Below are positions 13,170 through 25,288 of a stretch of 60,000 nucleotides of DNA, in pieces. Made by a program: the position numbers and the translations under genes. The stretch is from Mobula hypostoma (taxonomy: Eukaryota). Positions within the stretch are counted from its first letter, which is position 1. Every line of letters begins with the position of its first letter. The stretch is taken from assembly GCF_963921235.1 (NCBI RefSeq), contig NC_086107.1, forward strand, positions 104,472,001 through 104,532,000, written 5' to 3'. The notes beneath the pieces are model-generated. The model saw only the letters and a list, made by a program, of their open reading frames with translations. It had not been told where the DNA came from and searched no databases.

Positions 13170-13725
13170 CCGTCAGGGTTCGACGTGTTTTCTGTTCAGA
13201 GACATTCTTCTGAACTTCACTGTTGTAATGTGTGGTTATTTGAGTTACTGTCGCCTTCCTGTCAGCTTGAACCAGTCCGGCCGTTCTCCTCTGACCTCTC
13301 TCGTTAACAAAGCGTTTTCACCCTCAGAACCGCTGCTCACTGGATGTTTTATTTTGTTTTTCGCACCGTTCTCTGTAAACTCTAGAGACTTTGTGCGTGA
13401 AAATCCCAGGAGACCTCTAGTTTCCGAACACTCAAAACACCCTGTCTAGCACCAACAATCACTCCATGGTCAATCACAAACAAGAGAAAATCTGCAGATG
13501 CTAGAGATCCAAAGCAACACACACAAAATGCTGGAGGAACTCAGCAGGCCAGGCAGCATCTATGGAAAAGAGTAAACAGTCGACGTTTCAGGCCGAGACC
13601 CTTTGGCAGGACTCACAGTCAAAGTCACTTAGATCACATTTTTTCCCCCATTCTGATGTTTGGTCTGAACAACAACTGAACCTTTTGACCACATCTGCCT
13701 GTTTTCATGCATTGAGTTTGCATTG
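13170..13725 (-). mobile_element. Tc1/mariner remnant interrupted by a Penelope-like repeat (13476-13615)
   Basis: Reverse-complement similarity to the Tc1 element at 49236-49786; the PLE fragment splits the GTCAAAGTCACTTAGATCAC segment. Confidence 0.65.
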
Positions 13726-14499
13726 TCTGCAGATGCACAGAGTGAATGAGAGAGCTATGGAGGACTATGTTCTGGGTGCAGGGAGATGGGACTTGGCAGA
13801 AGACCAGACTAGATGGGTCAAAGGATATGTTCCTGTGGTTGAGCGCTCTGTGACACTACAAAGGGATCCTTCTTTATGAAAAACACACTCAGAAATCTGT
13901 GCAAACTAACAAACACAACGAAGTGCAGAATACCCCAAGGAACAGCAATGTGCCAGTGAAAATCCAGGCCTTTCTTTTTAATTAGTGTTACCACTCGCTT
14001 GGGAAGTGGGTCTTTATAGAGTGCCAGGGTGGAGATACGTCTCTACCAAAGGAGGTGCTCCTTCCCTCCGCTAGCCTGCAGATCACCCTTGAGTAAGGTG
14101 TAGCATCTGCTTAGCACCCCCACCTGATCAGAGTCACGTGAAACCATGGGAGCAGGTGGTGGATGGTCGTTCCAGCATCTGATGCATATCACAAGTCCTG
14201 GTGATGCGACCACTGATGCCAAGCAATCTCTGAAGAGTATTGATAATGGCTGGCATCACCCGTCTTGTAAAGACACTGCCCAGAAGAAGGCAATGGCAAA
14301 CCACTTCTGCTAAGAACGATCACGGTCATAGGCCATGATCACCCACGTCATACGACACGGTGCATAATAATGACGGGAGCTACACAGCACAGAAAGAGGC
14401 CTTTCAACTCACTAAGTCCTTGCTGACCTTCCAGCACCCATCCACGCTAATCCCACATTACTCTCCCCTCATTCCATCAACTCTCCACAGAACCCACCC

Positions 14500-14690
14500 C
14501 TCATCTACACACCAGGGCTGGGTTACAATGGCCAGTTAACCTACCGGCCGACGCGCTTGGGATGTAGGGGGAACTCGGAGCACCCATAATCACAGGTGGA
14601 ACGTGCAGACTCTGCACAGATAGCGCCCGAGGTCGGGATTGAACCTGGGATCTCTGGACCTGTGAGACAGCGGCTCTGCCCACCGCGCCA
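14500..14690 (-). mobile_element. V-SINE (HE1-like) copy
   Basis: tRNA-like head plus CTGTGCAGAGTCTGCACGTTC...GGGTGCTCCGAGTTCCCCC V-domain on the minus strand. Related copies at ~19215-19350 (+), 32990-33165 (-), 41810-41985 (+), 47690-47860 (-) and 59555-59660 (+). Confidence 0.65.
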
Positions 14691-15029
14691 TTCTTTAGAT
14701 ATCCCATCGCAGTGATCAAACACACCCTTCTGAATGGTGCTGGACCTCGGTGATAGGGAGGAAGGATTAAGTAACTGGGTCCTCGGTGTAGAGCAAGGTG
14801 CAGGAGTGCCCACAGTGATGGTGAGACAACCATTAATTTGTGGGACATGCCATTCTGGGTCTTGGGCTAAACATGTGGGGTTTTTTTTACATGGCTGGTT
14901 TTTGTTTGCCTGCTATTTTGAACATGCTGTGTATGGTTTGCACCTTGGCCTCAGAACGCTGTTTCGTTCGGCTGTATCCATGTTTAGTTGAATGATACTT
15001 AAACTGGAATTTGATTTGATTCCAGGCAA

Positions 15030-15131
15030 ATGGCAGAGATGTCCGAGATACCCGACAGACCGCAGAGCGAAGTCAGCCAGGGCTCCAGCATCGGCAACAT
15101 CTCCTCCCTCTCCACCCCTCTGGGCTCAAAG
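15030..15131 (+). CDS. PLEKHA4: PLEKHA4-like, first coding exon (MAEMSEIPDRPQSEVSQGSSIGNISSLSTPLGSK)
   Basis: Acceptor TTCCAG ends 15025, ATG at 15030, donor AAG|GTTAGT. Resembles the PLEKHA4 N-terminus (RPxSxxSxxSSxxxISSLS). Confidence 0.8.
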
Positions 15132-16149
15132 GTTAGTGAGCGTTGGGAACAAAATGGCTCTCTCCTCCTCCACAAACCCTCCCCACCCTTCCTCCTCTTG
15201 CCCCACACCTCGTTGGCCATCTTCACTCTCCCCCCCCGACTGATAATCCCTCCTCCAGATCCCCAACGAGCGGGACGAGGTGATTTAGCCCCTCAGTATC
15301 AATTCCACATCTGATTCTCTTCCAACATCCCGATGGATTTGCCATTGAAATTCCAAGTGACTGATTTTTCAGGGGATTTCCCAATTTCAACCTCCACTCC
15401 GTCAAACTTTGTCATAGAGTCATACAGGTGGAAATCAGGCCCCTCGGTCCAACTGGACCGTACTGATCAAGATTCCCATCCAAAACTGGCCCCATTTTCC
15501 ATAACCCTCTAAAGCAGGAGCTTCCTAGCCCAACCTGGGGAGAAACTGACCATGGCACGAAAAAGGCTGGGAACGCCTACTCTATGTCTAAACCTGTCCT
15601 GCCAATGTCCCTGTTTTAAGTGTTGTTAATGTACCTGCCTCAGCCAATTCCTCCAGCAGCTCATTCCAGATACGGACCACCCCCTGGGTGAAAAGGTTGT
15701 CTCTCAGGTTATCTCTCCCCTCACAGCTTGACAATGTTACTCATAAGGGCCACCTTATTAGACAAGTGTCGGTCTCTGAATCAGTGCTCCGGATTCTACA
15801 ACTACAGTGCTCTTGTGGGAATCTGGAGGAGCGGTTGGGGAATGCCGGAGATTGGTATCGAACCCGGGTCTCCGGCACCGGGAGGCAGCGACTCTACCGG
15901 TTGCGCTACTGTGCCTTCCCCCGCCCCCGGTTCAGGGGGAAATGTCTTCTGGAGTTGCCGAGTGACGAGCCTCGGCTGTTCTTCCACTGGTGACACTCTG
16001 GGGCTGTGGGACACATCTCGGGGTTCCTAGCCTCATGGCGTGACCCTTACGGGGAGGGGGGCAGCGCGACGGGTGCGCTGATGAAGACCCTCTCGAACCG
16101 GGTCTCTGGCTCTGTCAGCGATCCTAAACCCTGTCTGTGTCCCGTGCAG

Positions 16150-16254
16150 CCGATCAGACCGATGAAGAAAGTGCACACCTTCGGCAAGCGGGAACAGGCG
16201 ATCAGACGGGACCCCAACTCCGTCACTGTGATCCGGGGCTGGCTCTACAAGCAG
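16150..16254 (+). CDS. PLEKHA4: PLEKHA4-like exon, start of PH domain (PIRPMKKVHTFGKREQAIRRDPNSVTVIRGWLYKQ)
   Basis: GTGCAG| acceptor, CAG|GTAGAG donor, 105 nt, phase 0-0. The FGKR..RRDPN..RGWLxKQ signature is typical of PLEKHA4-7. Confidence 0.93.
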
Positions 16255-16744
16255 GTAGAGGACGAGGGGAGGGGAGGGGAGGGGAGGCGCGGCTGGAGGA
16301 GGGGAGGTGGGGACGGAAAGGGGTGGGGAGAGAGTTGGGCACGAGGTGAGGGAGGGAGCTGGAGTGGAATCGAGGAGAGTGCAGGCCGGGATATCGTTGG
16401 ACGTGCACAGGCGGGGAGCAGAGATCGGGAGCTGACTGTTCCAGTTCCAGGGTGGAAACAGCTTCTACCTGCGACGAGTTCGACAGGTGATTTGAGACCC
16501 CGGCACAGGGGCGACGGTCAATAGAACTGCTCCACGGTCATTCCAAATGTGGAGCATCAGCTCCCTCTGGTGGGAGAAACGTTCCGGTGCAACCTCGAGT
16601 TCAGAGATTCCGGGGTCGGGAATAGAAGCCAGATCACTGCCCCCATAGTCCCGGGAAACAACCATGGGAACCGTACCTCAGGGAGACTCAGTACACCGAG
16701 GAGAGTCAACACCTTCCTCAGTGACTCTACCCGACAGATTCACA

Positions 16745-17152
16745 CCTTCAGGGACTGTACCCCAGGGAGAGTCTATGTCTCAGGGACTGTACCCCAGGGG
16801 GAGTCTATGTCTCAGGGACTGTACCCCAGGGAGAGTCTGTCTCAGGGATTGTACCCCAGGGAGAGTCTATGTCTCAGGGACCGTACCCCAGGGAGAGTGT
16901 ATGTCACAGGGCATGTACCCCAGGGAGAGTCTACATCTCAGGGACTGTACCCCAGGGAGAGTTGATACTTCAGGGATTGTACCCCAGGGAGAGTCTATGT
17001 CTCAGGGACCATACTCTGGGAAAAGTCTATGTCTCAGGGACCATACCCCAGGGAGAGTCTATGTCTCAGGGACCATACCCCAGGGAGAGTCTGTCACAGG
17101 GACTGTACCCCAGGGAGAGTTGTTATTTCAGGGACTGTACCCCAAGGGGAGT
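16745..17152. repeat. ~32 bp minisatellite (CAGGGACTGTACCCCAGGGAGAGTCTATGTCT)
   Basis: About 13 tandem units ending ~45 bp before the 17200 acceptor. Confidence 0.95.
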
Positions 17153-17199
17153 TCCCCTGCACCTCTCGCTGAGACATGTTGTTTCTCTCAACATTTCAG

Positions 17200-17272
17200 G
17201 ACAGCTCTGGGCTGAAGCTGTGGAAGAGAAGATGGTTTGTCCTGTCCGATTTCTGTCTCTTCTATTACAGAG
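17200..17272 (+). CDS. PLEKHA4: PLEKHA4-like exon, PH domain (DSSGLKLWKRRWFVLSDFCLFYYR)
   Basis: TTTCAG| acceptor, G|GTAACT donor, phase 0-1. DSSGLxLWKRRWFVLS matches PLEKHA4. Confidence 0.95.
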
Positions 17273-17481
17273 GTAACTGAACCTGGAAACTGCTCCCCGC
17301 CCCTCTCTTCCTCAGGCCGTCCCTCGAGGTCGAGGTTGACTGACTTCCCCTCCGGTTTTGAGGGGGGGAGGACATCTGTGTGGTTTCTTTAACCTAGGGT
17401 GGCTGGTTTACACCTGGTGTCACTTAGTGCTGGTTCAACAGCAAGTAAGTGCAAGACTACAGGGGACGAAACTTTGCAACA

Positions 17482-17674
<193 letters not shown>

Positions 17675-17946
17675 CCTGATGAAGTGATGAAGGGTCTCGG
17701 CCTTAAACGTCTACTGTTTACTCTTTTCCATAGATGCTGCCTGACCTGCTGAGTTCCTCCAGTGTTGTGTGTGTGTTGCCCTTCAGCGTTCATGCTTGCT
17801 GCTTATTCTAGCATCTGCCCCCTTCCTTTCTGGTCCTGATAAAGGATTGTGGCCCAAAATGTTAACTCTTTATTCCTCTCCATGGATGCTGCCTGACCTG
17901 CTGAGTTTCTCCAGCATTTTGTGTGTGGTACAGTGTATCTACAGGA

Positions 17947-18660
17947 AATAGACAATAGACAATAGGTGCAGGAGTAGGCCATTCGGCCCTTCGAGCCAGC
18001 ACCGCCATTCACTGTGATCATGGCTGATCATCCACAATCAGTATCCAGTTCCTGCCGTCTCCCCATAGCCTTTGATTCCGCTATCTTTAAGAGCTCTATC
18101 CACCTCTTTTTTGAAAGCATCCAGAGACTTGGCCTCCACAGCCTTCTGGGGCAGAGCATTCCATATATCCATCACTCTCTGGGTGAAAAAGTTTTTCCTC
18201 AACTCTGTTCTAAATGGTCTACCCCTAATTCTTAAACTGTGGCCTCTGGTTCTGGACTCACCCATCAGCGGGAACATGCTTCCTGCCTGCAGCGTGTCCA
18301 ATCCCTTAATAATCTTATATGTTTCAATAAGATCCCCTCTCAGCCTTCTAAATTCCAGATTATACAAGCCCAGTTGCTGCAATCTTTCGACATATGACAG
18401 TCCTGCCATCCCGGGAATTAACCTTGTGAACCTACGCTGCACTCCCTCAATAGCAAGAATGTCCTTCCTCAAATTTGGAGACCAAAACTGCACACAATAT
18501 TCCAGGTGTGGTGTCACCAGGGCCCTGTACAGCTGCAGAAGGACCTCTTTGCTCTTATACTCAATTCCCCTTGTTATGAAGGCCAGCATGCCATTAGCTT
18601 TCTTCACTGCCTGCTGTACCTGCATGCTTGCTTTCAGTGACTGATGTACAAGAAGACCTA
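17947..18660 (-). mobile_element. CR1 LINE, 5'-truncated (ORF2 C-terminus, 3' UTR and short tandem tail)
   Basis: 195-aa ORF 18038-18625 (LYRALVTPHLEYCVQFWSP...RTRGHSL...FFTQRV). Tail (AATAGAC)n on + at 17947-17965. Confidence 0.92.
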
Positions 18661-19934
18661 GATCTGGTTGTGCTATCGCGTTACAGGTTACACAAATTCA
18701 GCCTCACAGAATCCACAAATCACCATGAAAATCTGGGACATGGGATTTATGAAAAATTATAATTTTATGAAAATAAACTTTTTTCTCAACCATGTCTTGA
18801 CGCACGCGGATTCGCGTTGGGCAAGTTGCGATAGACTGTTTTCTAGAAACGCAATGCTCTGTAACACAGAGATTGTCTGCACAATGTACATGCACACACA
18901 CATCACGTGGACCCTCTCTCAACCCAGCCACCTAAACCCCCTCCTTCTCTCAGTCTCCACTCACTGCTTGTTTCTCTCCTTCCCCCATTCGCCTCCTGCC
19001 GCTCCCCACCCCTACTTTACCACCCCCCTCACGCCTTGCCTCCCACTGCAACCCCAAGAATGCTGCTTGCCTGCCGTCCCAGCCCACTCCCCGCTCGTCC
19101 TCCCTCCTCCAACTTGCCCCCCCAACTCACCACACCCTCCTTAAGGGGCGTCCAGCGGGAGTTGGCCATGCGGTCAGCCAGAGCCCTGAGACTGGACGGC
19201 CGTCTTCGCTCTGTGCAGCAGGTACAGCAGTGGCCTCACAGCCCAAGGCACGTGGGTTCGATCTCGACTTCGGTGCTGTCTGTGTGGAGATTGCACGTTT
19301 CCACCCCCCTCCCCCCGTGACCGTGTGGGTTTCCTCCTGCATCCCAATGGTGGATAATTGGCGGGGGGGTGGTTGAGGGGTAGAATCGGGTGGGGGGGAT
19401 GTTGATAGGACTGTGGGGAGATTAAAGTGAGTCAGGCAGGACCAGTGAGACTGGCAGGGACTTGATGGGCCAAAGGGCCTGTTTGAGTGTAGTACCTCTG
19501 AATGCATTCTGTGGGAGGAGAAGGGTCTCAGATGCCCATTGTACTGTGGCCAGGACTTTGTTCTGCAGTCCTGTCGGCGCACAACATGAATATCCACTGC
19601 CCTGGAGGATATCCCTAGGAGCTACAAACACACAAAACGCTGGAGAAACCCAGCAGGCCGGGCAGCATCTATGGAGGGAAATGAACAGTCGTTGTTTCGG
19701 GCCAAGAGCCGTCATCAGGACTGGAAAGGAAGCCAGGATGTGGAGAGGGGGAGGGAGAGGAGTACCGGCTGGCGGGTGATAGGTGAGACCAGCAAGGGAG
19801 ACGGTGGGTGGCGGGGGGGGGGGAGAGATTTGCAGGAAAGCCAGCGGCCAATCTATGCACAGCAAGCTCCCACCATCGGCAAGTGTTGAGGAAGGACCTA
19901 CAGCTGCTGATTCCCTGATCTTTGTGCTCCACAG

Positions 19935-20035
19935 ACAGTCGGGAAGAACGCATTTTGGGGAGTATTCTGATGCCCAGCTATACCATCTCTGCTATTGATC
20001 CGCAGGACCGGAAGGCCCGGAAGTTTGCCTTTAAG
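19935..20035 (+). CDS. PLEKHA4: PLEKHA4-like exon, PH domain (DSREERILGSILMPSYTISAIDPQDRKARKFAFK)
   Basis: CCACAG| acceptor, AAG|GTGCAG donor, phase 1-0. DSREE motif as in PLEKHA4. Confidence 0.93.
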
Positions 20036-21220
20036 GTGCAGACCGATTGGGAATTTGGTTTGTATTTGGAAACGCGGTCGGTGTTGGGTAGTTGGCCGGG
20101 TTATAGGGTGCTGGCCGATGGATCGGGTCTCCTCCTCATTCACCACCCTCCAGGAAACGAGTGTCTATGTAACCAGGGCCAATCTGAAACAACCCTCCCT
20201 ATTTCGGGGATGTGGAGGCAGGGGGGGGGTCCCAAAATTCCCCATCACCTTCACCCCAGCAACGTTTGAACCATCTCAGAGACGCCCCTCCTGACTCCAG
20301 ATCTCTCAGCGAGTGGGATGAGTTGTTGCTACTTAGTATTTCTGCTTCCCGGATTTTACACATTCCCGACGGACCAAGTCCTACCTCATTTATTCCCATT
20401 CCACAGAATCCCACCGGATTGAACCTTGTTCTGTTCACCCAATGCTCTCAGTAAAACCCAATTCCATTCACCCTCCTTCTTCAAAATCCAAATAGTCCAA
20501 CCCTCACCTCATTCATCCCCAGTTTACAAAAACCCTGATCATTCCTTGGGTACAGAATCCCTTTTCCGTACACCCCCATTCCATGGAATCCTTCTGATCC
20601 ACTCCCCCCCGCCTCCATGTTTAAAGGATTCAAAGTACATTTATTATCAAAGAATGTATAAATTATACACCTTCAGATTTGTCTGCTTACAGGCAGCCAC
20701 AAAGCAAGAAACCTGAAAGAACCCAATAAAAAAAGAAAGACCAACCCCCGATGCACAGAGAAAAAGGGAAAACAAAACAAAATCATGCAAACAACAGCAT
20801 TCCGAACGAAATTCCAAAGACCTGAATCCCAGAGCAGCCGGAGTAGGCCCAGATCCTCAGTCTCAAGCACATCATGTCATGGGGCAATAAGGGTCCCATT
20901 TTGCAGATTCCTGATGGACAAAACCCCATCCCATTCCATAGAATCCCTCCAGATTGAGTTGGAGTTTGGACCTCCTGTGGGAGAGGGTCCCAATAACTCC
21001 TACGGACAGGTACCGGGATTACAGAGCAGTGCGGAGCAGATCCCACCAGTGGGAATTTATTTTTTTTTACTGAGAGTTTTTCGCTCGGTGGGCAGAGACG
21101 ATGCAGAGAGCTGATCCCAGCCAATCGCCCTCCAAGCTAGAAGTGGCGATGGGACGCGGGGACGTGGCAAGGGCGGCGAGTAGGAGGGAGGTTTGACTTG
21201 TGATTTGCTCCTGTCTCCAG

Positions 21221-21333
21221 GCCGAGCATCCAGGAATGAGGACGTACTACTTCAGTGCCGACACGCAGGAGGACATGAACGGTTGGATGAGGGCCATGAG
21301 CCAGTCAGCACGAGCAGAATCTGAGTTCGCCAA
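21221..21333 (+). CDS. PLEKHA4: PLEKHA4-like exon, end of PH domain (AEHPGMRTYYFSADTQEDMNGWMRAMSQSARAESEFA)
   Basis: CTCCAG| acceptor, AA|GTAAGG donor, phase 0-2. AEHPGMRTY and the conserved C-terminal PH helix Trp are present. Confidence 0.95.
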
Positions 21334-21519
21334 GTAAGGAGAAAGACACTGTCAGCACCGGAAAGGTCCCAAATCTGTCCTGTCTCTGTAGTCTTGACAC
21401 AATGCCGAAGGATTAAACCACATCCTGTTAATTCCCATGGTACTCAATCCCTCTGGATTAAACTGTTCCCTTTACTAGGATTTCCTGGAATCTATCTGGA
21501 TGAAACCCCATTCCTTTCA

Positions 21520-22090
21520 CTGCCCTTGTCCAGAATCCAAATAGACCAAGCCTCTTCCCGCCCATTCCCATTGTCCAAAATCCAAACAGACCAAGTCTCT
21601 ACCCGCCCATTCCCATTGATCAGAATCCAAATAGTCCAAGCCTCTTCCCGTCCATTCCCATTGTCCAAAATCCAAACAGACCAAGTCTCTTCCTGCCCAT
21701 TCCCATTGTTCAGAATCCAAATAGACCGTCTCTTCCCATCCAATTGCATTGTTCAGATTCCAAGCCCCTTTCCATCCATCCCCATTGTCCAGAATCCAAA
21801 TAGACCAAGCCTCTTCCCATCCATTCCCATTGTCCAAAATCCAAACAGACCAAGTCTCTTCCCACCCATTCCCATTGTCCAGAATCCAAATAGTCCAAGC
21901 CTCTTCCCATCCATTCCCATTGTCCAGAATCCAAATAGACCAAGCCTCTTCCTGCCCATTTGCATTGTTCAGATTCCAAGCCCCTTTCCATCCATCCCCA
22001 TTGTCCAGAATCCAAATAGACCAAGCCTCTTCCCTTTCATTCCCATTGTCCAGAATCCAAATAGACTAAGCCTCTTCCCATCCATTCCTG
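21520..22090. repeat. ~45 bp minisatellite (TTCCCATTGTCCAGAATCCAAATAGACCAAGCCTCTTCCCATCCA)
   Basis: About 12 tandem variant units; explains the periodic ORFs at 21394-22296. Confidence 0.93.
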
Positions 22091-23617
22091 GTATACAATC
22101 CCATCACATTCACCCCCCGCATACAGAATCCTTGTTCCGTCTAAACTATCTGGACAAAACCCACTCCTCCCACTCCCACCGTACAGAATCCCGGTTCCTC
22201 CTGTCCAGACCACACCCTTTCATTGTACACACAATAAAAAAAATCAGGAGCAGGAGTAGGCCATTTGGCCCATTGAGTCTGTTCCACCGTTGGTAAAGCT
22301 CTTATCTCAGGCATTGAAATGTAGTCCGATCCTAAAGGGCTTGACAGGAGGGGGAATTTTCCTGACGTCCAGAATAGGTGGGCAGGGTCATTTACTCTCC
22401 CCATTGTACATCCTCCCCATTCCTTTAATCCTTAGAGATCTGATTTCTGCCTTGAATGTTACCAGTTACGGTCTCCATACCCCTCCTGAGTAAGGAATTC
22501 CAACAGCTCACTATGCTGGCTGACGGAAGAAATCTCTTCTCCTTTCCATCTTAAGTACCCCCACCCACCAATTCTGGTTCCCCCCCCCCCGCATCTACCT
22601 GTAAATCCTTTTGGTGTACACCTCAATACCATCTCTTCTCATTCTTGTAGAGACCGTGGAGAATGGAGACTTGCATTCACCAGCCTCTCTCTCTCCTCTG
22701 CTGACAGAGTTGCCCTCCCCACCCCCCAGGAGCTGATCCGGTAAAATCTTCACTGCACCAGGGGTTCCCAATCTTTTTTACGCCATGGACCCCCGCCATT
22801 AACCGAGGGGGCCCGTGGACACCAGGTTGCTCCACACAAAGTATTATTTTCAGAAAAGCACGTCAACGCTGCACACAGTACAAGATGTCCCCACACACAA
22901 CCCTGAGATTCATCTTCCTGTGGGCATTACTGAGCAAATCAATAGAATAGTAATTGTCGGCAGGATCAATGAACGATCAACCCTAATGCAGAAGACAGCA
23001 AACGGTGTAAATGCCAGTATAAATAAACAGCAATGAGTAGTGAGAACATGGGATAATGAGATAAAGAGGCCTTAAAGTGAGATCATTAGTTGTGGGAACA
23101 TCTCAATAATTGAGTATATATTTGTTAAAGAGCCTGATGGTTGTGGGGTGGTAACTGTTCCTGAGCCTGGTGGGGCAAATCCTGAGGCTCCTGTACCTTC
23201 TACCTGACGGCAGCAGCGAGAAGTGAGCATGGCCTGGGTGGTGGGGATCTCTGGTGATGGTATTCTGACTGTCACCCCCTCTACACTTTCCTCCCATCAC
23301 CTTAAAATTATGCCCCCTGGTATTAACCATTTATATAACCATATAACAATTACAGCACGGAAACAGGCCAATTTGGCCCTTGTAGTTCGTGCCGAACTCC
23401 TATTCCATTCCATCTATTCCTCTTATCGCCTTGTACACCTCCATCAAGTCAGCTCTCATCTTCCTTCGCTCCAGAGAAGCGCCAGCTCGCTCAGTCAATC
23501 CTTGTATAAGACATGCACAAGCATTCTTGAGGAGTGGTGAGGGGCTGTTGCAAACATCTCGTAATTTTTGTTGCCGCGATGAACTTATTCACGCTCTTGT
23601 TTGGAATCTCCTTGCAG

Positions 23618-24067
23618 CACTTGTTTGGCCAAATCCTCGAAGCCCGCTCCCCAGGACCGCCGGTACTCCAGCTACAGGGACCTGACCGAGCCCGGCCTCC
23701 AGCAGTACACCGGTGCCCAAAGCGCCGAGTCGCTGGAAATCGCGAACCTCTCGCAGCCGGACCCCTGGGACAAGATGCAGGAGAAGGAACCGGAGCCGGG
23801 CCGACTGGAGCCCCAGGTTCCTGCCGACCGGCACAAGGCGGCCCCGTCCTTGACCATCTCGCTGGACCGGGTGACCCCTCCCGCTCGGAACGGCGCCGTC
23901 CCGCCCCCCACTCCCACCAGTGCGTTCCAGAGCATGGTCTTCGGATTCGAGGGGAGCTCCAGGCCCGAGGACGGCGCCGTGGAGCCACTGAGGAAGACCT
24001 CGCTGTCTCACGTTGAACAGTGGGTTCAGTCCCAGAAGGAGGAACTAGCGGCAGGAGACGAGGAGGA
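23618..24067 (+). CDS. PLEKHA4: PLEKHA4-like exon (TCLAKSSKP...SLSHVEQWVQSQKEELAAGDEE)
   Basis: TTGCAG| acceptor, GA|GTAAGT donor, 450 nt, phase 2-2, open frame, GC-rich codon usage, PLEKHA-family EQWV motif. Confidence 0.85.
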
Positions 24068-24171
24068 GTAAGTAGACGATAAAACTCGCTGAACTCCAAG
24101 AAGTTCAGAGTTCAAGCACTATTCAGTATTTGTCCCTGGTCTCGGTCGGTTAAAACTAGAAGTTAACTAAC

Positions 24172-24360
24172 AAACTCTTCCCGGGTTTCCAGCCGGGTAC
24201 TGTAGCGCTCTTGACTTTAACCGATGTTCCGATGACAAACTTCGCCATCTTCGTGAAGATGAAGATGTTTGTCATTGAAAATCGACACCTGTAGCCGGCT
24301 GAAAGCCCGGGAAGAGTTTATTCGTCGTATACACCGGGAAAGCTCCAGATCGTTTTCCAA
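24172..24360. mobile_element. Fold-back mini-element of a second Penelope-like family, 12 bp TSD
   Basis: Inverted arms AAACTCTTCCCGGG..CAGCCGG / CCGGCTG..CCCGGGAAGAGTTT. Direct repeat AAGTTAACTAAC at 24160-24171 and 24361-24372. Homologous to 50498-50582. Confidence 0.65.
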
Positions 24361-24832
24361 AAGTTAACTAACTGCTCCCGGGACTGAGAGAGTCCCGGTC
24401 GGAGATGAACTGATTGGGTCGGCGCTAAATTGATGACAGTGCAAAACAGTAGAGTCCAGCAGAGGCCATTCGGCCCACAATGACTGTGCTGAGCATGATG
24501 TCAGATTAAATTAAATCCTCCTGCCTGCACGTGATACATATCCCTTAGTTCGGGTGTCTGACCGATTTTTAAACATCACACACACAATGCCGGAGGAACT
24601 CAGCAGGCCAGGCAGTATCTGTGGGAAAGAGTCGACAGTTGACGTTTTCGGGCCGAGACCCTTCATCGGGACCAGCGAGATGGTCAAAGTCGTGGCTGCC
24701 TGGTGACGATAGCCAAGAACCTGGGGGCTCCCGTCGGCCCGGTTCCTTCTCCCGGTGAGGAGCCTCGGCCCGGAACGCGACTGTTCGCTCGTTTCTGTAG
24801 ATGCTGCCTGGCCTGATGATTTCCTCTGGCAT

Positions 24833-25236
24833 TGTGTGTGTGTGTGTGAGTGTGTGTCTGCGTGTGAGTCTGTGTGTGTGTCAGTGTGTGTGTGTCAGTG
24901 TGTGTGTGTGTGTGTGTGTCAGCGTGTGTCTCAGTGTGAGTGTGCGTGTCAGTGTGTGAGAGTGTGTGAATGAGAGGGTGAGTGTGTGTGTGAGAGAGTG
25001 TGTGTGTGTCAGTGTGTGAGTGTGTGTCAGCGTGTGAGTCTGTGTGTGTGTCAGTTTGTGTGTGTGCCTGTGTGTGTGTCAGTGTGAGTGTGTGTGTGAG
25101 AGAGAGTGTGTATGTGTGTGTGAGTGTGTGTGAGTGTGAGAGTGTGAGTGTGTGTGTGTGAGAAAGAGAGAGAGTGTGTGTGTGTGTGTGTGTGTGTGAG
25201 TGAGTGTGTGTGTGTGTGTGTGAGTGAGAGAGAGAG

Positions 25237-25284
<48 letters not shown>
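24833..25284. repeat. Compound (TG)n/(AG)n microsatellite inside a Penelope-like repeat
   Basis: Direct observation; the flanks are the two halves of the PLE repeat. Confidence 0.95.

Positions 25285-25288
<4 letters not shown>

Noticed and set aside
21394..22296. 300-aa repetitive ORF
   Set aside because: It is a translation of the 45-bp minisatellite, lies in an intron, and has no supporting splice or protein features.
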